DNA of 64,000 nt from an uncultured delta proteobacterium (GTDB lineage Bacteria > Desulfobacterota > Binatia > Binatales > Binataceae). Positions within the stretch are counted from its first letter, which is position 1; each line of letters begins with the position of its first letter. The stretch spans positions 2,144,001-2,208,000 of the forward strand of contig CAVXXK010000001.1 of the NCBI GenBank assembly GCA_963765675.1, written 5' to 3'. Under the pieces are notes generated by a model, which made no database searches, was not told the origin of the DNA, and saw nothing but the letters and a program-made list of their open reading frames with translations. This document shows positions 19,098-28,122 of this stretch, one piece after another. A program made the position numbers and the translations under genes.

Positions 19098-19442
19098 ATG
19101 GCACGACAGGACCTTGAGAGTGTGATCGCGAAGCTCCGGCAGATGGGCGAGGAAGGGCTTTCGAGTATCGTCAGCGAAGCGATGACCAACAGAAAACTGC
19201 GCTCTGGGTTGGGCCGCGCGGGCGAGAAGCTGATGGCGAACAAATCGTCGTTCGACCGCAACGTAGAGTCGATGCTCGACTTCGTGAATATCCCGTCGAA
19301 GAGAGACGTGCGCGATCTGAAGCAGCGCCTCGATCATCTGAGTTCGCAGCTCCTGAACCTCAGCATCAAGCTCGACCGCGTGCTCGCCGAAAAAGATCGA
19401 CCCGCCTCGATCAAGCCGATAAGAAAAGCTCCGAAGCGTTAG
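19098..19442 (+). CDS. phasin-like (PhaF/PhaE C-terminal-like) coiled-coil protein
   Basis: LDFVNIPSKRDVRDLKQRLDHL motif and basic K/P-rich tail. Confidence 0.6.
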   Translation: MARQDLESVIAKLRQMGEEGLSSIVSEAMTNRKLRSGLGRAGEKLMANKSSFDRNVESMLDFVNIPSKRDVRDLKQRLDHLSSQLLNLSIKLDRVLAEKDRPASIKPIRKAPKR

Positions 19443-19645
19443 CACGCGGTGCGCCAGATTCCGGGCAAGACTGTGCCCTGGATTTTTAGAATTCGGTCAA
19501 TTTGCGGTGGGTTCGTTTGGTATCTTTTCTAGTTGCGCAAAAAATAAACTCCTTGAAAATGCTGCCGATTTCGTGATGGTGGCTTCCTTTCGGCAGCTTT
19601 TTCGGTCACCGATTTTTGGACCCTCCGGCGCGGGAAGAAAAGACT

Positions 19646-19757
19646 AAACACGAAGACACCAAGGAAGAGGAAGACACTAAGGCACGAAGAATATTCTTTT
19701 CCGCGCGCGGCGCGCCGGAAATGGGTCAGTCCTTTGTGTCTTCGTGTCTTGGTGGTT
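19646..19757. repeat. CACNAAGA 9-mer hairpin repeat, copy 1 (degenerate)
   Basis: ACACGAAGACACCAAG...GACACTAAGGCACGAAGAA left arm; CTTTGTGTCTTCGTGTCTTGGTGG right arm. Confidence 0.7.
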
Positions 19758-20059
19758 GGACTGATGACTGCGCGCGTCGCGGGAGCATTCCACTTGGGTG
19801 AGGCACGTAAAGTGGTTCGCGATAGTGTGCGAGTTGCTTCCACCCGATCATTTTCGCACGAAGTGAATTTGAGCATAAGGCTGAACAGTTCAGCCATGAA
19901 CAAATCTGGCAAAAACCCGAACACTCGTTAGGGAAGTGGCGGTGTCTCTGGATCGCGTGAAACGCCTGTGTCCCAAGGGTTTTGCGACCTGTGAAGATCG
20001 AGCTCACCGGCGCCCCCTTCTTACGCGGACGTGTCGATTTTTTTGCAAACCCCCGGCTG

Positions 20060-20380
20060 TTGTCGTCCTCCTATGAAAGTGTGTGGGCGACGAGCATCGT
20101 ATTCTCAGCCGATCCTGCGGCCGTCATTTCGACCGAAGGGAGAAATCCCCAGCGTCCATGCTTCACACCAACACCACCTGCAGAGGCCCTTCGTCCGGGA
20201 TTCCTCGCGCGGCAGCCACGCGCGGGAATGACAGACCACCGCACGAGTCTTCGTAGGGGCGGCTCGGAGCCGCCCGTCTTTCGCGCAGCCTGTCGCTACT
20301 CGCCAACTTTCATCTCGCGTGGTGGTCCATCGGACCCGTGAGGGTCTGAGGCGCAGGCGAAGGATCTCCGCGAAGCGATT
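20060..20380. repeat. composite REP unit (CGTC-type hairpins plus GTAG REP); direct copy at 54760-55068
   Basis: CGTCATTTCGACCGAAGGGAGAAATCCC, GGGATTCCTCGCGCGGCAGCCACGCGCGGGAATGACA and GTAGGGGCGGCTCG..GAGCCGCCCG are shared with the second copy. Confidence 0.88.
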
Positions 20381-20490
20381 GGCGCGGAGCGCATTGCGAT
20401 GCTGAAACGATCGGGCGGTTGCTGGTGATACGGAATATCGTCGCTGCACCCCCTCCTTTAATCCTCCCCCGTTAAGGAACGGGGGAGGAA

Positions 20491-21587
20491 TCAGGCGGGA
20501 TGGAGGTTGGCGCCGATTTGCGCGAGGTCGGCGAGCGTGCGGGGTTCGTGGTCGAGCTCGGGCGAGAGCATCAGGGCGGCCCCGGCGGGCATCGCGGCGC
20601 GCAGAGTCTCGAACGAGATCGATTCGCGCTCTTTGAGAGCGGCGTAGTCATCGAGATTGCGTTTGAGCTTGCGCCTTAATGCAGCGGGGATTTTCGCGTG
20701 GCTGATTTCGGCCGCGTCGGGAAGATCAGCCATCGCGCGGTTCACGATCACTGCGCGCACCCGCAGATCGGCGCGTCCGAGGGCGGCGATAAACTCGCCC
20801 GCTTGCGCGATCCGCCCGGCCTCCGCAGTCGTCACGACGATCACCGCGGTGCTGTCCGCGTGCAGCATCGCGCGGGCGCGTTTTGCGCGCTCGGCGAAAC
20901 CTTCGTACATGCCCTCGAAGTTCCGGACGAACGCCTGCACGTCGCCGAGCAGCTTGAGTCCCGTCACGCGATCGAACGCCGACAGGACCGCCCGCGCCGC
21001 AAGGTCCACCATCCCAGTCGGCGAAGCGACCTTGTCGCGTGCCGAGCAGGGTGACCGCGCGCGAGCTGAGCAGCTCCAGGAGCCGCCGCGGAGCGTCGAG
21101 GAAGTCGAGCGCCTCGGCGGCGGGGGGAGTGTCGAGCACGATAAAATCAGTAGTGGGTTCGGCGGCCAGCTCCAGTAATTTCTCCATCGCCATGTAATCG
21201 GCGACGCCGGCGAAGGCGCTCGCGAGGTTTGCATAAATCCGCCCCGCGATAATCGCTTCGGCCGCGGCGGGCGACGCGGCGTAGCGGCGAACGATCGCGT
21301 CGAAAGTCGCCCGCGGATCGAGGCGCAGCGCGCGCAGCCGCCCGCGCGGCACCTGCACGAGCAGCGTGAGCGACGGAATCGAGATCAACCTCGCGCGGCT
21401 CCGACGCGCCGGCGTCGAGGCCGAGCGCGTCGAGCAGCCGCGGGGCAGGATCGACCGTCATCACGTCGACCGCGCGCCCGCTGCATGCGCTGTCGATCGC
21501 GAGCGCGGCGCTGATCGTGGTTTTGCCGACGCCGCCGGGACCGAGGCAGATCGCGAGCTTGCATCCTGCAAGATCGAGCCGGTTCAT
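20491..21587 (-). CDS. ArsA/Get3-like ATPase subunit 2 (two apparent +1 frameshifts, near 21350-21385 and 21015-21040)
   Basis: GPGGVGKTT, TVDPAPRL.DALG, YMAMEKL, VLDTPP...LDFLDAP and F.GMYEGF.ERA are spread over three reading frames. Confidence 0.8.
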
Positions 21588-22473
21588 CGCGCGCGGCATC
21601 TCCGCCGCGAGGACCGCTCCGAGCTCCGCGATTTCCGGGCGTCCCATCGCGGGCCGATAGAGCATCTCGAGCTCGATCATCGGCACTCCAGCGCGGATAA
21701 ATTCCTTGCGCGCACGGCCGGCGGCGGTGCGTTCGCGCTCGCGACGCTGCGCCAGCGCGAAGTGCGCTCCGAGCTCCGCGATCGCGTGCATGTCCGCCTT
21801 GCTGAAAAGTGGCGCGGGCGTGCGATTCATGATCGCGGCGACCGTCGCGATTCCAAGATGCTCCCGCAGCGCGGCCGAGAGCTCCAGCGCCTCGCGGATC
21901 GCGAGCTCCTCGGGCGTTACGGTCAGCACGACGCCGAAGCGCCCGCGATCGACGAGAAAGCGTCTCGACGCTGTGCGCGATTCGATTAAGCGAGCCGACC
22001 GGCGCGATTCCTTTCACCCCGCGTGCGACCGCGAGAAGCTCGAGCGCGCTGCCCGACGCGGGCCCATCGACGACGACGTAGCGATCCTCCAGCGCGGCGT
22101 CGCCCGCCATGATCCGCAGCCGCTCGAGCATCAGGAAGGCTTCGAGGCCCGGCAGCGCGGCGGTGACGTAGCCGAAGGTTCTGCTCTTGAGCATCCGGCG
22201 CGAGATCGCGGCGACCGGCACGATCCGGCGCATGAACGCCTCGAGCTCGGCATGAGGGTTAAGCGCCATGACTTCGAGCGTCGCGCTCGCTCTGACAGGA
22301 GCGCCCGCCGACATCGGCGCGCCGAGCAGCATCGCGGCCGCGCTCATCCGCGGATCGAGGTCGGCGAGAATGGTAGGGCGCTCGAGCGACAGCGAATGGG
22401 CCAGCGCCGCGGCGACCGTGCTCTTGCCGGTGCCGCCCTTTCCGGTTACGAAGAGAAGCCGCGCGAGCGCCAT
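21584..22473 (-). CDS. ArsA/Get3-like ATPase subunit 1 (apparent +1 frameshift near 21961; no stop before subunit 2 as sequenced)
   Basis: LFVTGKGGTGKST, LPGLE and VVDGPASG, then VT.PEE..IRE..EL and IMNR in the next frame. Confidence 0.8.
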
Positions 22474-22562
22474 CGCCTTGAATCTATGGAGCGCGCGCCG
22501 CGCAGTAAACCGCAAGCCAAGTGGTGGGCCGGATTGAGCGCATGGCTCTCACGCGAGGGGCG

Positions 22563-22790
22563 TGTCCTGAGCAACGCCGAAGGAAATCCCGTGCTCGGCC
22601 ATCGGCCTTTACGCGGCTCGCGGGCGGGTGCATGAACGCTCCGGGATTTCTCGCCTACGGCTCGAAATGACGGTAGGCGGTTCGGCGGAAGCTACGATAC
22701 TGATACGCCTAGCCCACGCACGTCATTTCGACCCCTTCGACGCTGCTCAGGGCAGGCTCCGAGAGAAATCCCGAGGCGGCCATGCTCGGA
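22563..22790. repeat. cluster of CGTC-type palindromic repeats
   Basis: GTCCTGAGCAACGCCGAAGG, GGGATTTCTCGCCTACGGCTCGAAATGAC and GTCATTTCGACCCCTTCGACGCTGCTCAGGGCAGG..GAGAAATCCC. Confidence 0.75.
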
Positions 22791-22820
22791 GTTCACGCCT
22801 CATGCGGCGCCCTCGCGTCC

Positions 22821-22996
22821 CGGGATTTCTCGCGGGATCTGCCGCGCGACACGAAGCAGACGAAGCGATACAGGTTGTCTGATCGCGCTCGGAATGACAC
22901 AAAGGCAGGAAAGATTGTCATTCCGAGCGCGTATCGGCAGTGCAGATGGGAACGTGCGCACCACTTGGAGTGGCGGAAATCGCGAGGAATCTCGCC
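22821..22996. repeat. palindromic repeat unit homologous to 10137-10334
   Basis: CGCTCGGAATGACA...TGTCATTCCGAGCG core and aligned left arm. Confidence 0.8.
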
Positions 22997-23050
22997 CTCA
23001 CGCGCTGGCACGCACTCACGAGCAATTATGCAAAGCTCTCCACGCGCGGT

Positions 23051-23278
23051 ATGAACGATTCGACGCCCAGGCTCGGCAGTATCCTGATTGCGATTCCGCC
23101 CGCGGAGATCGTGCTGTTCAAGTCGATCCTCGAGGCGTACGACAACCTGGCGACGCTGCGGACTGAAGATCCCGTGCGGCACTACCTGCGGATTACCTTT
23201 GGCGAGGATCAACGCGCCGACGTCGAGCAGGTGCTCGACTCGCTCACCGCGCAATTCGGGATTCGCCGCCTCGACTGA
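23051..23278 (+). CDS. DUF4911-like small protein
   Basis: EIVLFKSILEAYDNLATLRTED motif. Confidence 0.75.
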   Translation: MNDSTPRLGSILIAIPPAEIVLFKSILEAYDNLATLRTEDPVRHYLRITFGEDQRADVEQVLDSLTAQFGIRRLD

Positions 23279-23283
23279 GAGAA

Positions 23284-25683
23284 CTACTGCTCGATCTCGA
23301 CCGCGTAATCCTTGCCCTCCCACTGGTCCGTGTCCGGCCAATGAAAGGTGAAGCGCACCGGCGCGCGATCGGCGCTGCCGATATCGATATCGACGAAATA
23401 AACTCCGAGCGGTGCGGAATTGGCTGTCGTATCGATCGCGTGGCGCCATTCGTCCTTGGTCCAATGCAGGATGAACGGGCGCCCCACGAGGATGCGCAAG
23501 CGCACGGGAGCCTTGACCTGGCGTATTCGCCGCCGATTGTATTTCCAGATCTCCATCGCGCGGCGCGGCCGCGGCATCAGGTAGCGCTCGGCCACTTCGG
23601 GAATCAGATCGAACACCTGTCCGTCCCACGACGAGCGCAGCAGCTTGATATATTCCGCATGCGCCCACATCAGCGGCATCGCGGCTCCGGTCTGTTTGCC
23701 CAGGAACAGCAGCGCAGATGGTATGTCGGGCTGATCCCAGACCTGCTCGGGCAGTAGGCGCGTCTCGTTGGCGAAAGCCTCGAGCGCTCGCAGGTAGGGA
23801 GCCGGATCGCGTCCGGCGGCGAGCTCGTAATGTCCCCGCTCGCCGGTCAGAAGCGGCCACGGACGGCCGCGTCCGGAACCCATGAATGGACCGCCGTTAT
23901 CCTGTTGGCCGTATCCGTCGTAGGTATAGCGCCGCCAGCACGGTCCCTGCGGCAAGTTGGTCTTGAGCGCCGCATCGATCACGCGCAGCGAATCCTCCAT
24001 CAGCGGATCACCGGCGCGGCGGATTCCATAGCGCACCAGCTCCAGGAAGCCGGCATCGACGATCGCTGCCGCCGGAAAATCGGTCTGCACGCCGGGCGGC
24101 CGATTATGAATATGCACCGGCAGCGCGTCGGGATCTTCGTTGGGGTAGGGGCTCTCCGCGTCGGCCGTCGTGATGCGAACATAGTGGCGGCGGATGCCGG
24201 GCACCAGGAAGCCGTGATTGGTTACGGTCCATCGCTCGACGTGCGACTCGAGGAAGTCCGCGTATTCCTCCAGCAGTTGCGCGGTCACGCGATCGCCGCG
24301 CTCGAGCGCAAAGCAGGCGGCGCAAACCAGCGCGGCGATATTGCTCGCGAGCGTCGAGGGCGAAAATCCGCTGTTCTCTTCCCACCGCTCCTGCTGGGTT
24401 GCGGGTCCGTGGCGCAGAAGATAGCGCGACCCCGCCAGCACCATCGGATAAGGATCGAAATTCTGCAGCGCGTTCGCCTTGTGCATCCGCCACGCGAGCA
24501 TGATCGGAAAGGCGACTTCGTCGAGCTGGATTCCCTGCCAGTAGGGCATCCCGTCGATCCAGAAATTTTGCGAGAAGCCGCCGTCGGCGTGCTGGGTGCA
24601 GGCAAGATAGATAAGCGCGCGCATCGCAGTGGCGGCGTCGCCCGAGGCGAGCAGTCCGGTCGCGCTGTTGACCATGTCGCGGGTCCATACCAGATGGTAT
24701 CCGCCCAAATCTTCGTCGCCTTTCGCTTCGCCCCACGGGATGCTGAGCGAGGCGATTATCGCGCCGGGAAAACTTTTGTCCTCATGCGCGAGCAGCAGCT
24801 CGTGGCTGCGGCTATAGAGCTCGCCGCCGTCGCCCGACGATGCGCCGATCGGCAGGAAGTGGCGCGCGGCGCGCTCCCACTGCTCGATGAAGCGCTCGCG
24901 ATGCTCCTCGAACGGAGTTCCGAGCGACTGGAACAGACAGGTCACCGCGCGATGCGTCGAGCTGCCAAAGCCGAGCCCCAGGGTGAATTTGCGCGACGCG
25001 CTCAGATCGATTTCGCCGGTCAGCGCGATATTGCCGTCGGGCGCGGAGCCGAATTGATAATCAAGCTGGAAGTTCTGCGACAGATCCTGCCATCCGTCGG
25101 TCGTCCCGACGTATCCGCACGAGCGTTTGACGAACGGCACCGTCGCCGCCATCGCGAGCCACACTCCGTTTTTGTTCGCGGTGATAAATTCGCGGCCGAT
25201 GATGCTGGTGAGGTTGCCGTTGTTGCCCCATCCGCCGACGCACAGATGCGGCGAGAGCAATACGTACAGATGCAGCTTCGCGATGAAATCAGGATCGCCG
25301 GCCAGGCGCACGTCCATCAGGATCGAATTGCGATGCGGATCGGAAATGACTTCTTTTTCGATCTGGTAGCGTCCGGCGGGATCGCTATTGACGATTCGCA
25401 CGCCGAGTCCGTGCTGCGCCAGGTACTCGGTATGGCTAATCAGGTCGCGGCGCTCTTCGTGGAAGAAAGTCTTGCCGTCGGTCACCAGCAACTGCAGGTC
25501 GCGCACCTGCGGCTGATCGATCGTCGGATAATAAACTTCGTTGAGCACCCCCTTCGAGAGCGTGAACCACACCCGGCTGACCGACGAATACGCCGTGCCG
25601 ACGACCTCTTTGGCGCTGCGCGTCCATCGCGGCGGAATTCCCGGAGCGCCCGTGGCGCGCGGCTGATCTTGAAGTATTGCCAT
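23284..25683 (-). CDS. glucan 1,4-alpha-glucosidase (GH15 glucoamylase/glucodextranase)
   Basis: GAPGIPPRW, GGYHLVWTRD, QLDEVAFP, QERWEE, YTYDGYG, LPEQVWD and PLMWAHAEY. Confidence 0.93.
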   Translation of the reverse strand: MAILQDQPRATGAPGIPPRWTRSAKEVVGTAYSSVSRVWFTLSKGVLNEVYYPTIDQPQVRDLQLLVTDGKTFFHEERRDLISHTEYLAQHGLGVRIVNSDPAGRYQIEKEVISDPHRNSILMDVRLAGDPDFIAKLHLYVLLSPHLCVGGWGNNGNLTSIIGREFITANKNGVWLAMAATVPFVKRSCGYVGTTDGWQDLSQNFQLDYQFGSAPDGNIALTGEIDLSASRKFTLGLGFGSSTHRAVTCLFQSLGTPFEEHRERFIEQWERAARHFLPIGASSGDGGELYSRSHELLLAHEDKSFPGAIIASLSIPWGEAKGDEDLGGYHLVWTRDMVNSATGLLASGDAATAMRALIYLACTQHADGGFSQNFWIDGMPYWQGIQLDEVAFPIMLAWRMHKANALQNFDPYPMVLAGSRYLLRHGPATQQERWEENSGFSPSTLASNIAALVCAACFALERGDRVTAQLLEEYADFLESHVERWTVTNHGFLVPGIRRHYVRITTADAESPYPNEDPDALPVHIHNRPPGVQTDFPAAAIVDAGFLELVRYGIRRAGDPLMEDSLRVIDAALKTNLPQGPCWRRYTYDGYGQQDNGGPFMGSGRGRPWPLLTGERGHYELAAGRDPAPYLRALEAFANETRLLPEQVWDQPDIPSALLFLGKQTGAAMPLMWAHAEYIKLLRSSWDGQVFDLIPEVAERYLMPRPRRAMEIWKYNRRRIRQVKAPVRLRILVGRPFILHWTKDEWRHAIDTTANSAPLGVYFVDIDIGSADRAPVRFTFHWPDTDQWEGKDYAVEIEQ

Positions 25684-25719
25684 GTGAATTCCTCTTGTAG
25701 CGCGCGCGTTCCTCGAATG

Positions 25720-26601
25720 CTAACCGGCGTTCGCTCCGCCGGTTGGCGCAGGCGCGGGCGCCGCGGCCGCGGTGGTGCGGAAAACATAAGCCACTCCGAT
25801 ACTCAGTCCGTACAGGCCGAGCAGCGGAATCGCGAGCAGGAATTGCGACACCATGTCGGGCGGCGTGAGTATCGCCGAGACGACGAAAATCACCAATATC
25901 GCGTAGCGGAAGTAGTGGATCATCTGCTTGTAGTCGATCATGCCGAGCTTGGTCAGAAAGAACGCGAAGATCGGCATCTCGAACGTGATTCCAAAGGCCA
26001 GCAGCAGCTTGGCCGAGAACGCGAGGTACTCGCTGATCCGGATGGTCGGCGTGATTCCGATACTCGCGTACTCGCTCAGGAAGAACGCGTAGCCGATGTG
26101 GAACACCACCGCCCAGCAGAAATATCCGCCCAGAATAAAGAACACCGTCGCGGATACGATAAACGGAATCGCCATCCGCCGCTCGTTCTCGTACAGTCCC
26201 GGCGCGATGAATTTCCAGATTTGATAGAACACCGCCGGGCTCGCGATGAACAATCCCGCGATCAGCGCGACCTTGATCTTGGTGAAAAACGCCTCGCCGA
26301 CGCCCGTCCCGATCAGCAGCAGCTTGCCGTGCGCGACCTCGCGAATCGGCAGCGTCAGCGCGGCGAAGATCGGATCGGCGATCGCGTACGCGATCAGAAA
26401 TCCGGCCAGAAGCGCGATCGCCGCGTAGACCAGCCGCAGACGCAGTTCCTTCAGATGCTCGATCAGCGACATCCGGCCGAGCAGTCCGCCGTCGCCGTCA
26501 TCGAGCGGCTCGGGCGTGACCGATGGCGGCACGACGGGTGTCGCCGGTTCAGCCGCCTCGGGCGGATTCGTCGGCGGCGTGGTCAGGTCCTGGGTTCCCA
26601 C
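25720..26601 (-). CDS. tatC: twin-arginine translocase subunit TatC
   Basis: MSLIEHLKELRLRL, YQIWKFIAPGLYENE, FGITFEMP and LTPPD. Confidence 0.96.
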   Translation of the reverse strand: MGTQDLTTPPTNPPEAAEPATPVVPPSVTPEPLDDGDGGLLGRMSLIEHLKELRLRLVYAAIALLAGFLIAYAIADPIFAALTLPIREVAHGKLLLIGTGVGEAFFTKIKVALIAGLFIASPAVFYQIWKFIAPGLYENERRMAIPFIVSATVFFILGGYFCWAVVFHIGYAFFLSEYASIGITPTIRISEYLAFSAKLLLAFGITFEMPIFAFFLTKLGMIDYKQMIHYFRYAILVIFVVSAILTPPDMVSQFLLAIPLLGLYGLSIGVAYVFRTTAAAAPAPAPTGGANAG

Positions 26602-26613
26602 AGTCGCGCGCGC

Positions 26614-26961
26614 TCAGGAGGGCTCATGCCCCGGCGGATCGGGCTTCGCCGCCGGAGTTTCGGCAGCGGGCGCCGCCGAGGTTTCCGGTGCTCGCGCAGG
26701 CGCGGCTATCGGCTGCGGCACCGCGGGACGAGTCGCACGCGCGGGATCCTCGAGCGGCGGCGGTGCGGCGGAATCGCCGCGACGCGGCTGGTCATTCGGC
26801 TGCTCTTCGAGCACGTCGCTCAGCTCGCGCATCACGGTGTTGCTCGCGGCGCGAAGCTCGCGCAATATCTTGCCTACCGTGCGCAAGACCTCGGGCAAAC
26901 GCTCCGGACCGAGCACCACCAGCGCGATCGCCAACACGATTACTATTTCAAACAGGTCCAC
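26614..26961 (-). CDS. tatB: twin-arginine translocase subunit TatB
   Basis: EIVIVLAIALVVLGPERLPEV; Pro/Ala-rich tail; directly upstream of tatC. Confidence 0.88.
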   Translation of the reverse strand: MDLFEIVIVLAIALVVLGPERLPEVLRTVGKILRELRAASNTVMRELSDVLEEQPNDQPRRGDSAAPPPLEDPARATRPAVPQPIAAPARAPETSAAPAAETPAAKPDPPGHEPS

Positions 26962-27057
26962 TCGCAAGATCGCGCCGCGCAGGCGCTATATTGTTTCAGC
27001 AGATTTGGGTGCATATCGCTCGACTGATCATTCTTAGCACAGATGGTGGAGTCAACG

Positions 27058-28092
27058 ATGCTCAAGACCGCGATAGTGACCGACCGATTGTATCTGAAAC
27101 ACTTCGCCGGACGGTCGCATCCTGAACGCCCCGCGCGGATAGAGGCGATGATCGAGATGGCGGAGTCGCTCGACCGCCCGAATCTCCGGATGCTTACGCC
27201 GCGGCCAGCGACGCTCGAGGAGATCGCGCTCTGCCATGACGCGGACTATATCGCGTCGGTCGAGCGCACCGCGTCGGTCCCGCGCTTTGATTTCGATCCC
27301 GATACGCACACCTGCGCCGATACCTACCGGACCGCGCTGCTTGCCGTCGGCGGCGTGCTGACGGCGGCCGAGGCGGTGATCGACGGCGCGGCCGACAACG
27401 CGTTCGCGCTCGTGCGGCCTCCGGGGCATCATGCGCTCCCTGCACGCGCGATGGGCTTCTGCTTCTTCAATAACGTCGCAATTACTGCGCGGTGGTTGCT
27501 CGAGAAGCATGGACTCGAGCGCGTGATGATCGTCGATTGGGATCTGCATCACGGCAACGGCACCCAGGAAATCTTTTACGAGTCGGCGCAGGTGCTCTAC
27601 GCCTCGACGCATCAGTATCCGCACTATCCGGGCACCGGATCGCTCCACGAAATGGGCGCGGGCGAGGGCGCGGGATTCACCGTGAACGCCCCGATGCCGG
27701 CGGAGTATGGCGACGCCGAATATCTGCGCTTCTTCGACGAGTTCATTTTGCCGATCGGGCGCAAGTTCCAGCCGCAATTTATAATTGTGTCGTGCGGTTT
27801 CGATTGCCACTTCCGCGACCCGCTCGGCGAAATGCGCGTGACCGAAGACGGGTTCGTTGCGATGACCCGGCGCGTCAAGGAGCTCGCGGCCGAATGCTGC
27901 GGCGGCAGGATGATCGCGGCGCTCGAAGGTGGCTACGATATCGAAGCGATCGTCGATTCCGGACGCGCGGTGATAGAGGAGCTTGGGCGCGAAGCCGACG
28001 AGCCGATCACAAAAGCGCGTGGCGGCGACCGGGTGATGCCGATAATCGAGCGCGCCGCGCACGGCGTCGGCAAATTCTGGAACCTCGGCTGA
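27058..28092 (+). CDS. histone deacetylase family (Zn-dependent) protein
   Basis: HPERPAR, RPPGHHA, GFCFFNN, DWDLHHGNGTQ, YPGTG and LEGGY. Confidence 0.95.
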   Translation: MLKTAIVTDRLYLKHFAGRSHPERPARIEAMIEMAESLDRPNLRMLTPRPATLEEIALCHDADYIASVERTASVPRFDFDPDTHTCADTYRTALLAVGGVLTAAEAVIDGAADNAFALVRPPGHHALPARAMGFCFFNNVAITARWLLEKHGLERVMIVDWDLHHGNGTQEIFYESAQVLYASTHQYPHYPGTGSLHEMGAGEGAGFTVNAPMPAEYGDAEYLRFFDEFILPIGRKFQPQFIIVSCGFDCHFRDPLGEMRVTEDGFVAMTRRVKELAAECCGGRMIAALEGGYDIEAIVDSGRAVIEELGREADEPITKARGGDRVMPIIERAAHGVGKFWNLG

Positions 28093-28122
28093 TCGAATCG
28101 CAGGAAAGAAGGGGAGGGGCTG

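Noticed and set aside
19982-20341. Similar ORFs at 19982-20341 and 54799-55098 (VISTEGRNP...GFLARQPRAGMT)
   Set aside because: The similarity is explained by the shared DNA repeat; starts and internal frames differ between copies.
20491-22473. Arsenic resistance operon
   Set aside because: No arsR, arsD, arsB or arsC nearby; the motifs fit the Get3-like pair better.
23830-27027. 1065-aa + strand ORF
   Set aside because: Antisense shadow of the GH15, tatC and tatB genes; typical of high-GC DNA and without recognisable motifs.
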